Part shown: in pieces, positions 1 through 9,796 of the stretch | How the letters are laid out: the number at the start of each line of letters is the position of its first letter | How positions within the stretch are numbered: the stretch's first letter is position 1 | Sequence record: SRR33789315_37 | Reading direction: 5' to 3' (one strand) | DNA length: 39,077 bases | Made by a program: the position numbers and the translations under genes | Notes under the pieces: model-generated | Databases searched by the model: none | The model's input: only the letters and a program-made list of their open reading frames with translations | Told to the model about the DNA's origin: nothing

Positions 1-22
1 CGGGAGCCGAATTCGGCTCCCG
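1..22 (-). terminator. Perfect 22-bp palindrome; probable terminator hairpin of the TonB receptor gene
   Basis: CGGGAGCCGAATTCGGCTCCCG is its own reverse complement and lies 6 nt past the stop at 29. Any U-tract would fall outside the window. Confidence 0.6.
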
Positions 23-28
23 ATTGTT

Positions 29-2143
29 TTAAAATTTATACTGTAAAAAGACCGTGAAATTTCGACCGGGATCTTTGATGGGAACGCGTTCAAAAGCTGC
101 TTGATTGGTATAGGAAAAGTTTAGATGGTTGTGATAATTCTGGTCAAATACATTTAAAACCGCAAGACCCAAAACGGTGTTTCTTAAAGGTTGCATGCCA
201 AACCTAAAATCTACCAAGCCATAACCGGCCGTTTCCTGCTCCCCAAAAGAAGGTGCAATATCCTCCTGTTTTGAGGTGATCGTATATTGAATATTTGTCC
301 AAAATTTTTCCTTTTCCATTCCCAAATAAAAACGAGTAACCAATGGTGGTGTGAAGGGTAAATGCTCATCTAGATCTTTATTTTTGGTATACACATACGC
401 CAGTTCTGTTTTAAAATTGAAAAAATCCAAAAACGAAATATCTCCAAATACTTCAAAACCTGTTTTATAGGCTTTATCCAGATTGACAAATCGTTTTACG
501 GCTGTGGGCTGCTCGTTGGGCATAAATTTCTTTTGCAGGCTGGGATCGATGACCGGCATCATATAATTCTCATAAAAGGCATAATAAGTTGAAAAACCAT
601 ATTCCACCGTATTAAAAATACCTCTACCTAACTGTTGATTTCCGGTAATTCCGATCTCAAACTGGTTGTTTATCTCAGCATCCAAATCGGGATTCCCCAC
701 ATATTCATACCCATCTTGGCCCACTGTGGCATGATTGATATATCGTTCTATCATACTTGCAGATCGCACACCTCGACCATAGGCTAGTTCAAGTACATGA
801 TTCTGGCCAAGCTCCTGTTTTAAAGAAATGGTTGCGCTGAAATTATTTTCGGTTCTGTTATCTAGGTTGGGATACAAAGCCTTAAAATCTTCCGCTGGAT
901 CGCCAATTTCAGAAAGCACCAAGTCATATCGCAATCCGGTTGTGAGCACTGCCTGATCTGATACAGCGTACTTTGCTTCCGCGAAAGCGCCAAAATCATT
1001 AATCTGCGAATCCTGCCAGATTTTATCATGAAATACCATAGGCATCTCAAGAGGTTCTCCCGTCATCATATTGCGTTTTACAGTACGGGTGCGGTCACCA
1101 TCACGAGCAATGGTAAACGCGTCGATTCCCATGTATAATGTAAGACGGGAAGTTGGCACCCATTTTAATTCTGCTTTTCCTCCTATGGTTGTGGCATCAA
1201 CGTCAGAAACTGCATCGGTCATCATAAAACTAGGCCTATTGGTATTGGACATGAGATGATCTACATAGGCATAATATGCCTTTACATTTAAGGCTTTCAA
1301 GCTTCCCTTTTCTGTAGAAAGCTGGTAGTCTAGCGCCAAAACTGAACTGTTGTCTTCGTTAGAATCCATAGGCAACCCGGCGTGTAATATATCCCGACCA
1401 AAGGATTGCCGCCAATGCGCCTGTAACCGCTGGTTGGCTGAAAAGTTATACCCCAATTTCAGTCCGTAATCCAGACTTTTAAATGAAGAAGGAATCTCGG
1501 TTCCGTTTCCATCTTTATAATCTCCAAAATTGCGATACCCCATGTTTCCGGTGATATCAAAATCACGGCTTACCTGCTGCAATTTCAGCATAGAAACTAG
1601 TGAATTCCCATTGGTTTCAAAACCCGAGTGCACGCTTCCATGCAAACCGGAATTGGAATAAATGGGTTTTTGTGTTACCATATTCACGATTCCGCCAAAG
1701 GTCGCGCCATAACGCACGGTATAAGGCCCTTTGATCACTTCTATCTTTTCAATTTCCTCCGGAATCACGTGCGTGGTGATGGGATCCATCCTGTTGGGGC
1801 AGGCATTCATCACTTTGGTTCCACCATCAAATTGCACATTGAGTTGCTCATATTGGGAAGCCCTAAAAGAGGGATCAATGGCATAGTTTCCGCGCTTGAT
1901 TAAAGAGAATCCGTTAAGGTCTTTAAACAGATCTGCCACATTGCGCGGTTGTACAATTTTTTCGGCATAATTGTTAGATTCTATAAGCATAACAGGGTCT
2001 GTAATATTATCGCCCGTGACCAAAATTTCACTTAAATAATTGATTTTTGGCACGATAGAATCTACCGCTTCTTTTTTCTTTTCTTGGGAAAAAGAAGCAT
2101 ACGAAATCAGGATGCAAAAAAGCATCCCTAAATTTATTTTCAT
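29..2143 (-). CDS. TonB-dependent receptor, OprC/NosA-like copper receptor
   Basis: Signal peptide, plug motif IEVIKGPYTVRYG, C-terminal PGRNFTVFLQYKF. Carries the OprC-type copper motif ACPNRMDP (CxxxM) and Met-rich loops (FMMTD, NMMTGEPLEMPM). Confidence 0.85.
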   Translation of the reverse strand: MKINLGMLFCILISYASFSQEKKKEAVDSIVPKINYLSEILVTGDNITDPVMLIESNNYAEKIVQPRNVADLFKDLNGFSLIKRGNYAIDPSFRASQYEQLNVQFDGGTKVMNACPNRMDPITTHVIPEEIEKIEVIKGPYTVRYGATFGGIVNMVTQKPIYSNSGLHGSVHSGFETNGNSLVSMLKLQQVSRDFDITGNMGYRNFGDYKDGNGTEIPSSFKSLDYGLKLGYNFSANQRLQAHWRQSFGRDILHAGLPMDSNEDNSSVLALDYQLSTEKGSLKALNVKAYYAYVDHLMSNTNRPSFMMTDAVSDVDATTIGGKAELKWVPTSRLTLYMGIDAFTIARDGDRTRTVKRNMMTGEPLEMPMVFHDKIWQDSQINDFGAFAEAKYAVSDQAVLTTGLRYDLVLSEIGDPAEDFKALYPNLDNRTENNFSATISLKQELGQNHVLELAYGRGVRSASMIERYINHATVGQDGYEYVGNPDLDAEINNQFEIGITGNQQLGRGIFNTVEYGFSTYYAFYENYMMPVIDPSLQKKFMPNEQPTAVKRFVNLDKAYKTGFEVFGDISFLDFFNFKTELAYVYTKNKDLDEHLPFTPPLVTRFYLGMEKEKFWTNIQYTITSKQEDIAPSFGEQETAGYGLVDFRFGMQPLRNTVLGLAVLNVFDQNYHNHLNFSYTNQAAFERVPIKDPGRNFTVFLQYKF

Positions 2144-2218
2144 TTTTGAGGTTTAAATTTTTACAATAGAAAATTTTTCAGCGGTGATTTCCCTGAATAA
2201 AAAGTGCTGTATGAAAAA

Positions 2219-2593
2219 CTAAACCTGTGGTGGATGATAAAAGGAATAACTCGTGAGATAAGCGTAGAAATTCTGATAACCCAAGTTATTCACGGTAACC
2301 ATTTCTATTTCGCTTAAGCTGTACTCGATGGGTGCAGGCAAGTAAAAAGGAATTTCTTTGATAGAGACTCGTTGTACGGGTGTCTGTTGATTGTCAGTAT
2401 CCGCTTGGGCAACCATTTTAAGATGGCACTTTCCGTTGCATTGCATTACGGGCTTATCCTTGTTTACACAAAGGCGTTCTATAAAGCCTTCGGTATCCAG
2501 ATTATAATAGGCATAGGTAATCGATACCCTAAATGTGTTTGACAAAAAAAGGGATGCTAATAGCAAAGCGATAAAGAAAGAGCCTTTTTTCAC
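2219..2593 (-). CDS. Cys-rich hypothetical protein upstream of the TonB receptor (candidate CruR/CutF-analogous regulatory uORF)
   Basis: GTG start, N-terminal hydrophobic segment, CVNKDKPVMQCNGKCH motif, C-terminal FYHPPQV; ends 75 nt before the receptor start. Confidence 0.75.
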   Translation of the reverse strand: MKKGSFFIALLLASLFLSNTFRVSITYAYYNLDTEGFIERLCVNKDKPVMQCNGKCHLKMVAQADTDNQQTPVQRVSIKEIPFYLPAPIEYSLSEIEMVTVNNLGYQNFYAYLTSYSFYHPPQV

Positions 2594-2598
2594 TCCTG

Positions 2599-2606
2599 CA
2601 AAAGTA
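2599..2606 (-). promoter_or_regulatory. Bacteroidota -7 promoter box TACTTTTG
   Basis: Exact TAnnTTTG on the minus strand, 5 nt before the GTG at 2593. Confidence 0.6.
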
Positions 2607-2807
2607 CGATGCTATTAATAATTTCTACTGTAACAAAGGTTACCTATTTACCATATTCAGCCTCAAGTTACTTAACTAATTCTTTATCAAATACTAGAAA
2701 TTCTGTCCCTTGTAATAAAAATAAAACAGCTTTTTACCATACAAGAATAAAGCAAGGTACAGTTGTTTCAGTTTTCGCCTATCTTGTGACTTCTAAAATT
2801 ATTTTAT

Positions 2808-3470
2808 ATGGAATGGATTATAGGAATTTTGTTTTTAGGCATTTTATCTTTTGCCATCGGAAAGTTTATCAAACATAAATCCTTATATCCCTTTATGCCT
2901 TTTAAATATGATTTTAGAAAGCGAAGGGATACCTATTTAAGGGTTATGGAATTGCTTGACCAGACTCAAGTCAAGGTTCTGATCGAGACAGGGACTTCAA
3001 GAGAAGGACTTAAGGGTGCAAAATCTAATGGAGCAGCAACCTTGGTCTATGGTAAATGGGCTAAGATTAACAATGCAATTTTACATTCTGTAGATATTAA
3101 CCCTAAAGCCGTTGAGGTTGCAGAAGAAGCAGTCCTTCAAGAAGGGTTGCAGGAATTTGTAAAGCTACATCTTTCAGATTCTGTGGAGTTTTTAAGAAAG
3201 TTTGATAAAGCAGTAGATTTTCTTTATCTGGATAGCTATGATTATTCTGATGACGTAGAGGTACAACGAGCATCGCAGGAACATCATTTGAAAGAGTTTA
3301 AGGCCATCGAAAGTAAACTGCATAAAAACAGTATCGTATTGATTGACGATTGTGACCTTCCGGGAGGCGGTAAAGGCAAAACCGTAATTGCCCATATGAT
3401 AGCAAAAGGATGGCGCGTAGACACCAGTGCCTATCAGGTTATTCTTTTGCATGAGGATTTTGGAAAATAA
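2808..3470 (+). CDS. Class I SAM-dependent methyltransferase (Methyltransf_24-like) with N-terminal membrane anchor
   Basis: Motifs VLIETGT, HSVDI, DSVEFL, VDFLYLDS, IVLIDD; hydrophobic N-terminus. Confidence 0.75.
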   Translation: MEWIIGILFLGILSFAIGKFIKHKSLYPFMPFKYDFRKRRDTYLRVMELLDQTQVKVLIETGTSREGLKGAKSNGAATLVYGKWAKINNAILHSVDINPKAVEVAEEAVLQEGLQEFVKLHLSDSVEFLRKFDKAVDFLYLDSYDYSDDVEVQRASQEHHLKEFKAIESKLHKNSIVLIDDCDLPGGGKGKTVIAHMIAKGWRVDTSAYQVILLHEDFGK

Positions 3471-3764
3471 CCAAACTCCTACAACCGTTTTCTGAGCTCG
3501 TATTATTCTTCTTTTTTGGGTAAGTGTACTGAGTCCCTATGTTGTAAATTTCTACCGAGTAATTTCTAATTTCTTTTGAAATAAGACCTGACACCCGTGT
3601 GCTCAATATTAAAATTAGATGATTTTAACTGCCGTGAAACTTCATTTCTACATACTAAACATTAACAAAGCCTTAAGTGTTAAAAATAAATTAAGCAACT
3701 TGATATTTTATAATTTGAATCTCGTTATAAAAGTAAAAAAATTGAAACTCAACATATTCATATT

Positions 3765-4226
3765 ATGCCAAACTACAATTTAAATGTAAACGGAAATTCT
3801 GTTACCGTTGATGCCGCTCCAGACACGCCTCTTTTATGGATTTTACGGGATCATCTCGATCTTGTCGGAACAAAATATGGTTGTGGTATTGGCCAGTGTG
3901 GTGCCTGTACCGTTCATATAGATGATGCTGCAACACGAAGTTGCCTTTTGCCTATTTCTGCAATAGCAGAAAAAAAAATAACTACTATTGAAGGGCTTTC
4001 TACAGACGGCATGCATCCCGTGCAAGTAGCTTGGAAAGAAGTAGATGTGCCGCAATGTGGTTATTGCCAAGCGGGGCAAATGATGACTGCATCTGCTTTT
4101 TTAAAAGAAAACAATTCACCTTCTCAGGATGAAATACGCGCTGCAATGCACGGCAATATTTGTCGCTGTGCTGCCTATAATAGAATAGAAGAAGCCGTAT
4201 CTCTAGCATCTGGTAAATTAGGTTAA
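3765..4226 (+). CDS. iorA: (2Fe-2S)-binding small subunit, isoquinoline 1-oxidoreductase alpha / CoxS-like
   Basis: GTKYGCGIGQCGACTV, QCGYCQAG and GNICRC: two [2Fe-2S] motifs. Confidence 0.9.
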   Translation: MPNYNLNVNGNSVTVDAAPDTPLLWILRDHLDLVGTKYGCGIGQCGACTVHIDDAATRSCLLPISAIAEKKITTIEGLSTDGMHPVQVAWKEVDVPQCGYCQAGQMMTASAFLKENNSPSQDEIRAAMHGNICRCAAYNRIEEAVSLASGKLG

Positions 4227-4243
4227 CCCAATAATATTTTTCT

Positions 4244-6394
4244 ATGCAAACCAAAAAATCAACCTATAACAGAAGATCTTTTATGAAAGTTTCCGGCCTA
4301 GCTGGAGGCGGAATATTGATTGGATTTAACCTGTTTACAGCCTGTAAAGAAAAGGTGGTGCCTCCCGTAGATCTAGCTACATTAAATTATAATGACTTTA
4401 ATGCGTTTATAAAAATTGCTGAAAATGGAGCGGTGACTATTTTTTCGCCTAATCCCGAAATTGGGCAAGGTGTAAAGACATCTATGCCCATGATCATTGC
4501 CGAAGAACTAGATGTAGCCTGGGATCAAGTATATGTGCAACAAGCTCCTCTTGATACCGAAAATTTCTCCAGACAAGTCGCTGGCGGAAGTCAATCTATA
4601 CGTACCAGTTGGGAACCCCTTAGACAAACTGGTGCCAGTGCACGACAAATGCTCGTAAATGCTGCTGCTGCAAAATGGGAAATAGATGCTAAGGATTGTA
4701 AAACCAGCAACGGTGTAGTCCTTAGTCCTACCGGAGAAGAATTGGGCTATGGCGCATTAGTAAATGAAGCAGCTTTACTGGAAGTACCCACAGAAGTGAC
4801 TTTAAAAGATCCCAAAGATTTTAAAATCATTGGAAAAAATGCACTCAATGTAGATATCGATAAAATTATTACGGGCAAGCCTTTATTTGGTCTCGATTAT
4901 AAATTTGAAGGCATGTTAATCGCTTCCGTTATGCGGCCACCAGCTTTTGGGCAGAAATTAGAATCATTTGATGACGCTTCCGCGAAAGCAATACCAGGTG
5001 TACTAAATGTTATTCGATTTAAAGACAAAATAGCGGTTTTAGCCAAGGATACTTGGACGGCAATGAAAGGTAAACGCGCACTAAATGCCAATTGGACAGA
5101 CGATGGAAATCTAGAAAGCACCGAAGCTCATGACAAAATTTTAATAGGTCTTCTCGACGGCAAAGAGTTTCAAACCCTACGTAAAGATGGTGATGTTGAC
5201 AACGCTTTCGCGCAAGCAGATAAAATTTTAGAACGCACCTATGAGTCACCATTTTTGCCTCATAATTGTATGGAACCCATGAATTTCTACGCAAATGTAA
5301 CCGATGAAAAAATTCACCTCGTTGGCCCCATTCAAACACCAGAAGGGTCTGCACATGCGGTAGCAGATTTACTAAAACGTGATGTAAAAGACGTTCATCT
5401 AGAAATGACACGTATGGGAGGCGGTTTTGGCCGTAGGCTATATGGAGATTTTGTACTAGAAGCTGCCGAGATTTCTAGTCTGGTTAAAAAGCCTGTAAAA
5501 GTGGTGTATTCCCGTGAAGATGACATGGAAGCTGGTATATATAGACCAGCCATAAAATATAGAATTAAAGCGGGTATTAAAGATGGCAAACTCACTGGTT
5601 ATCAATTAAAAGAAGCATCGATTAATTCTAATATGTACGGCTTAATCCCCAACTTCTTCCCTGCTGGTGCAGTAGAAAATTATCAAGTAGATGTAGCCAA
5701 CTATCAAAGTAATATCACGACTGGTGCGTGGCGTGCACCTTATACCAATTTCTTAGCCTATGCAGAGCAAAGTTTCTTTGACGAGCTTGCAGAAGTGATG
5801 GAAGTAGATCGCGTGCAAATGCATCTTGATTTACTCGAAAAAGTAAAAGGCACAACAGACGATCGCATACAATATAGTCCAGAGCGATTACAACACGTAA
5901 TTAAAACCGTGGTCGAAAAATCAGGTTGGGGTAATTCAGCAACTGGTGTGTACCAAGGTTTTTCAGCCTACTACTGCCACAATACACACGTTGCAGAAGT
6001 AGCAGATGTGGTTTTAGAAGGAGACCAACCTATAGTCAAAAAAGTAACTGCCGTTGTAGATTGTGGTATTGTAGTGAACCCAACAGGTGCATTAAACCAG
6101 ATTCAAGGCGGAATAGTTGATGGCGTGGGACACGCGCTTTACAGTGATTTTACCTTTAAAGATGGAAAAGGAAGCGCAAACAATTATGCTACTTATAGAT
6201 TAATTAGAATGCAGGAAGCTCCAAAAATCGAAGTGCATTTAATTAAAAATGAGATTGCGCCTACAGGACTGGGAGAGCCTGCACTACCACCTGCCGGAGG
6301 CGCTGTTGCTAATGCGATAAAAGCCGCCACAGGACAACGCATTTACAAACAACCCATGCTTAAATACATGGAAAGCAAAGAATTAATAGGTTAA
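4244..6394 (+). CDS. iorB: Xanthine oxidase-family molybdopterin-binding subunit (isoquinoline 1-oxidoreductase beta-like)
   Basis: Tat motif NRRSFMK; EIGQGVKT, GGSQSI, MGGGFGRR, GAWRAP, QIQGG and GLGEP motifs. Confidence 0.88.
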   Translation: MQTKKSTYNRRSFMKVSGLAGGGILIGFNLFTACKEKVVPPVDLATLNYNDFNAFIKIAENGAVTIFSPNPEIGQGVKTSMPMIIAEELDVAWDQVYVQQAPLDTENFSRQVAGGSQSIRTSWEPLRQTGASARQMLVNAAAAKWEIDAKDCKTSNGVVLSPTGEELGYGALVNEAALLEVPTEVTLKDPKDFKIIGKNALNVDIDKIITGKPLFGLDYKFEGMLIASVMRPPAFGQKLESFDDASAKAIPGVLNVIRFKDKIAVLAKDTWTAMKGKRALNANWTDDGNLESTEAHDKILIGLLDGKEFQTLRKDGDVDNAFAQADKILERTYESPFLPHNCMEPMNFYANVTDEKIHLVGPIQTPEGSAHAVADLLKRDVKDVHLEMTRMGGGFGRRLYGDFVLEAAEISSLVKKPVKVVYSREDDMEAGIYRPAIKYRIKAGIKDGKLTGYQLKEASINSNMYGLIPNFFPAGAVENYQVDVANYQSNITTGAWRAPYTNFLAYAEQSFFDELAEVMEVDRVQMHLDLLEKVKGTTDDRIQYSPERLQHVIKTVVEKSGWGNSATGVYQGFSAYYCHNTHVAEVADVVLEGDQPIVKKVTAVVDCGIVVNPTGALNQIQGGIVDGVGHALYSDFTFKDGKGSANNYATYRLIRMQEAPKIEVHLIKNEIAPTGLGEPALPPAGGAVANAIKAATGQRIYKQPMLKYMESKELIG

Positions 6395-6416
6395 AAACAG
6401 TGTTAATAGTTGACTT

Positions 6417-6452
6417 AGAGATAACCTGTTTTATTAAGGTTATCTCTTTTTT
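6417..6452 (+). terminator. Intrinsic terminator-like hairpin between iorB and xdhC
   Basis: AGAGATAACCT-N9-AGGTTATCTCT followed by a T-run. Confidence 0.65.
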
Positions 6453-6464
6453 GAAATAAGTATT

Positions 6465-7484
6465 ATGACACACGAGCTTAAGGCAATCATTCAAGAATAT
6501 ATAGACGCAAAAGCGATAGGTATTCCTACCGTAATGGCAACCGTTGTACATTTAATTGGCTCTTCATACCGCAGACCTGGTGTGCGCATGCTTATCACCC
6601 AAACCGGCAAAATGACTGGGGCAGTAAGCGGTGGCTGTGTTGAAAAAGAAGTGCGGCGACAAGCGCAAACTGTTTTTGAAACAGGAACACCTAAAATGAT
6701 GACGTATGATGGTAGATACCGTTTAGGTTGTGAAGGCATACTCTATATTTTAATCGAGCCTTTAGATCTTAGTGAAGCATTTTTAATTGCCTTTCGGCGA
6801 AATCTAAAGCTTCGGAAAACCTTTAGCATAAACGCAACTTACTCCTTAACAGAAGGTTCTAAAAGAGGCTTAGGCTCTGTGATTACTTATGAAGATCACA
6901 GTAGTTACGCTTTTTCGGTAACCAATCAAAATCAACCTTCGCCTGCTGATTTAACTTTTTCGCAGCTGCTAAAACCCGCTTTAAAACTCCTGATTTTTGG
7001 AGCAGAACATGATGCCGTTGCACTTACACAAGCAGCTAGTTTTCTAGGTTGGGAAGTTGTTATTATGGCTTCGCCCAAAGATCCTAAAGACAGTACTCAT
7101 TTTCCGGGAGCAGCCCGTATTGAGCATACAACCCCAGAAGAATTTGAACGTTCAGCAATAGATGCACAAACCGCTATAGTACTCATGAATCATAATTTTG
7201 CTTTAGACCTTAATTATTTGATTCAACTTAAAAATACCACCCCTATTTACATTGGTCTTTTAGGACCCAAATTACGCAGGGAAAAATTACTTGAAGCTTT
7301 TATTGATTATCACCCAGAAGTTACAGATGTCTTTCTTGACGTTATTCACGGTCCGGCTGGATTAAATATAGGTGCAGAAACTGCCCAAGAAATTGCAGTT
7401 TCTATAACCACAGAAATACTTGCTGTAATTAGAGCCAAAAGCCCTATGCTATTAAAGGAAAAATCGAGCGCAATACACACTTAA
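6465..7484 (+). CDS. xdhC: XdhC/CoxI family molybdenum cofactor insertion accessory protein
   Basis: GSSYRRPG, GAVSGGCVE, LGCEG, YIGLLGP and GPAGLNIGAETAQEIAVSI motifs; operon context. Confidence 0.9.
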   Translation: MTHELKAIIQEYIDAKAIGIPTVMATVVHLIGSSYRRPGVRMLITQTGKMTGAVSGGCVEKEVRRQAQTVFETGTPKMMTYDGRYRLGCEGILYILIEPLDLSEAFLIAFRRNLKLRKTFSINATYSLTEGSKRGLGSVITYEDHSSYAFSVTNQNQPSPADLTFSQLLKPALKLLIFGAEHDAVALTQAASFLGWEVVIMASPKDPKDSTHFPGAARIEHTTPEEFERSAIDAQTAIVLMNHNFALDLNYLIQLKNTTPIYIGLLGPKLRREKLLEAFIDYHPEVTDVFLDVIHGPAGLNIGAETAQEIAVSITTEILAVIRAKSPMLLKEKSSAIHT

Positions 7485-8075
7485 ATGTCAAAGATAGGTG
7501 CACTAATTCTGGCTGCTGGTGAGTCTAAAAGAATGGGGCAACCCAAACAAATTTTACCATGGGAAAATACTACACTTCTTGGTCACGCGATACAACAAAT
7601 ACAAAATTTGAAGCTTGATCATATAGGCGTTGTACTGGGTGCTAATGAAGTTTTAATCTGTGATGCGATAGCAGATTTTGATGTGGAGATACTCGTCAAT
7701 AAAAATTGGAAAAACGGAATAGGAAGCTCAATCAGTACAGGTATACAACAGGTTTTAAATTATAAATTAGATAGCCTACTGATTACACTTGCAGACCAAC
7801 CCTTAATAGACACGGCACATCTGGAAACTATCATGTTGCAAGCGGCTAAAAACCCAACCGCTATTATTGCTACCGCTTATTCTACAAAAAATGGAGTGCC
7901 TGCCCTTTTTCCTTCTATTTACTTTGATCAACTAATGGAATTAAAGAAAGATACAGGAGCACGTGAATTATTAAATTCACCTAAAACTGACATCATTACT
8001 ATTGAAGCTGTGGCAAAAACCATTGATATTGATACGCCTTTAGATTACCAAAAAATCACCCAAGACCAAGCCTAA
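7485..8075 (+). CDS. mocA: Molybdenum cofactor cytidylyltransferase-like nucleotidyltransferase
   Basis: LILAAGESKRMGQPKQ, LADQP, GVPALF and DIDTP motifs. Confidence 0.85.
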   Translation: MSKIGALILAAGESKRMGQPKQILPWENTTLLGHAIQQIQNLKLDHIGVVLGANEVLICDAIADFDVEILVNKNWKNGIGSSISTGIQQVLNYKLDSLLITLADQPLIDTAHLETIMLQAAKNPTAIIATAYSTKNGVPALFPSIYFDQLMELKKDTGARELLNSPKTDIITIEAVAKTIDIDTPLDYQKITQDQA

Positions 8076-8084
8076 TAATAGGAG

Positions 8085-8519
8085 TTATTTTAAAATGCCT
8101 TGTTGAATAGATTTTTCAGAAAACCAGATTAAAAAACCTAAAATAAGTAATACTATTACAGGCATAGCATAGGTTTGATTACCATAAACTTCTGGAGCAT
8201 TACTAATGAAAAGTGTATATATATTCTGCACAACCAAACCTATTACGGAAAGTATAAATAATGATTTCGCCCATTTTTTGCGCATAAATAATCCTATTGC
8301 TCCTAAGGATCCCGCAATTACAGCCACTCCAAAACCCATTAATGCCCAAATAGGGAAATTATTTAAAAAATCTTGTTGATCTTCGGTAAACATAGCAAAC
8401 ACCTCATCTGAGATAAATACTTGCGATAAAAATTGAGTTAGTCCTATAAGGTTCCACAATAAGGCTATTCCAGCAATAAGCCAATATCGAGATGGAAGTT
8501 TTTCTTTAGGTGTTTCCAT
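8085..8519 (-). CDS. Hypothetical four-helix membrane protein
   Basis: Four hydrophobic segments; ALLWNLIG motif; ATG start. Confidence 0.75.
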   Translation of the reverse strand: METPKEKLPSRYWLIAGIALLWNLIGLTQFLSQVFISDEVFAMFTEDQQDFLNNFPIWALMGFGVAVIAGSLGAIGLFMRKKWAKSLFILSVIGLVVQNIYTLFISNAPEVYGNQTYAMPVIVLLILGFLIWFSEKSIQQGILK

Positions 8520-8707
8520 AATAATGAGATTGAGAAAAAATTTGAGCCAAATTAGTCAGAAACATATAGCAAACCAAATATTAAAAAAACATGCAACGAG
8601 TAGTGGCAACCTCTATACTATTAAAAATATCTTAATATCAAGTCATTAACAGCTAAAGTGGTTTAAGATTATTAAATTTAGTAGCTATCAAAAGTAATTG
8701 AATCACT

Positions 8708-9796
8708 ATGAGCAACAGAAGAACTTTTATTAAAAAAACGAGTTTGGCTCTGGCGGCCACAGTAGTACCATTTCCTTTCTTTTCTGGCAAAAAACCTGAC
8801 AAAAAACTGGGAGTTGCATTACTAGGTTTAGGAGGTTATAGCACCTATCAATTAGCACCAGCACTTATGCTCACCCAACATATAGAACTAAGAGGTATAG
8901 TTACCGGCAGTCCTGAAAAAGTTCCTATTTGGCAAAAAAAATACAACATTAAAGACAGTAATGTTTACAATTATGAAAACCTACATACCATTGCTAATAA
9001 TGATGATATTGATGTTGTTTATATTGTAACACCTACCTTTTTACACGCTAAATATAGCATCATCGCTGCAAATGCAGGAAAACATGTGTTTTGTGAAAAA
9101 CCTATGGAAATGACTGTTGCAGACTGCCAAAGAATAATAGAAGCCTGTGAGAAAAATAATGTGAAGCTGTCTATAGGTTATCGTATGCATCACGAAAAAA
9201 ACACCCAAACTATTATGCAATGGGCTAAAACGCTGCCGTATGGAAAAATGAATGCTGTACATACTGAAGCTGGATTTAAAATAAACCCAAATGCGGGTTG
9301 GCGATTAGATGGCGCCAAAGGTGGAGGTGCTGTTTATGACATGGGCGTTTATCCTATTAATGCCACACGTTATGCTACAGGTTTAGAACCCCTTGCAGTT
9401 AAGGCTAGGCACGAAACTAAGAGAAAGGATTTATTCATAAATGAAGCTAAAGAAATCACCTATTTTGACTTTAAGTTCCCCAATAACATTACTACTAAGG
9501 GTAGGGTGACTTATGCAGATAACGTTAATTTTATAAAGGTGAATTGCGAAAGAGGTAATTATGAACTTAGTCCCTTCCAGAGTTATAAAGGCGTAGGAGG
9601 AAGCACATCTGATGGTAAGAAATTGATTCCGATTACGGGTAGTCAACAAGCTTTACAAATGGATAATGATGCACTTTCTATTCTTCAAAATGAACCGATG
9701 CGTGTGCCTGGAATAGAAGGTTTACGGGATATTCATATTATTAATACAATCAATAAATCTGCAGCAGGTTCACAAGATTGGATTACTCTTCAATAA
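8708..9796 (+). CDS. Gfo/Idh/MocA family oxidoreductase (glucose-fructose oxidoreductase-like), Tat-exported
   Basis: NRRTFIKK twin-arginine signal; GLGGY, DVVYIVTP, GKHVFCEKP and DMGVY motifs. Confidence 0.88.
   Translation: MSNRRTFIKKTSLALAATVVPFPFFSGKKPDKKLGVALLGLGGYSTYQLAPALMLTQHIELRGIVTGSPEKVPIWQKKYNIKDSNVYNYENLHTIANNDDIDVVYIVTPTFLHAKYSIIAANAGKHVFCEKPMEMTVADCQRIIEACEKNNVKLSIGYRMHHEKNTQTIMQWAKTLPYGKMNAVHTEAGFKINPNAGWRLDGAKGGGAVYDMGVYPINATRYATGLEPLAVKARHETKRKDLFINEAKEITYFDFKFPNNITTKGRVTYADNVNFIKVNCERGNYELSPFQSYKGVGGSTSDGKKLIPITGSQQALQMDNDALSILQNEPMRVPGIEGLRDIHIINTINKSAAGSQDWITLQ

Noticed and set aside
2609-2878. 89-aa plus-strand ORF
   Set aside because: Spans a divergent promoter region and overlaps the methyltransferase out of frame; no motif.
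3439-3606. 55-codon TTG-initiated minus-strand ORF in the same spacer
   Set aside because: No recognisable motif, weak start, overlaps the methyltransferase 3' end.
3471-3764. Possible Moco riboswitch upstream of the molybdoenzyme operon
   Set aside because: I could not find the conserved GCCUCCCG/GGAAAGG-type elements or convincing stems; a covariance search would be needed.
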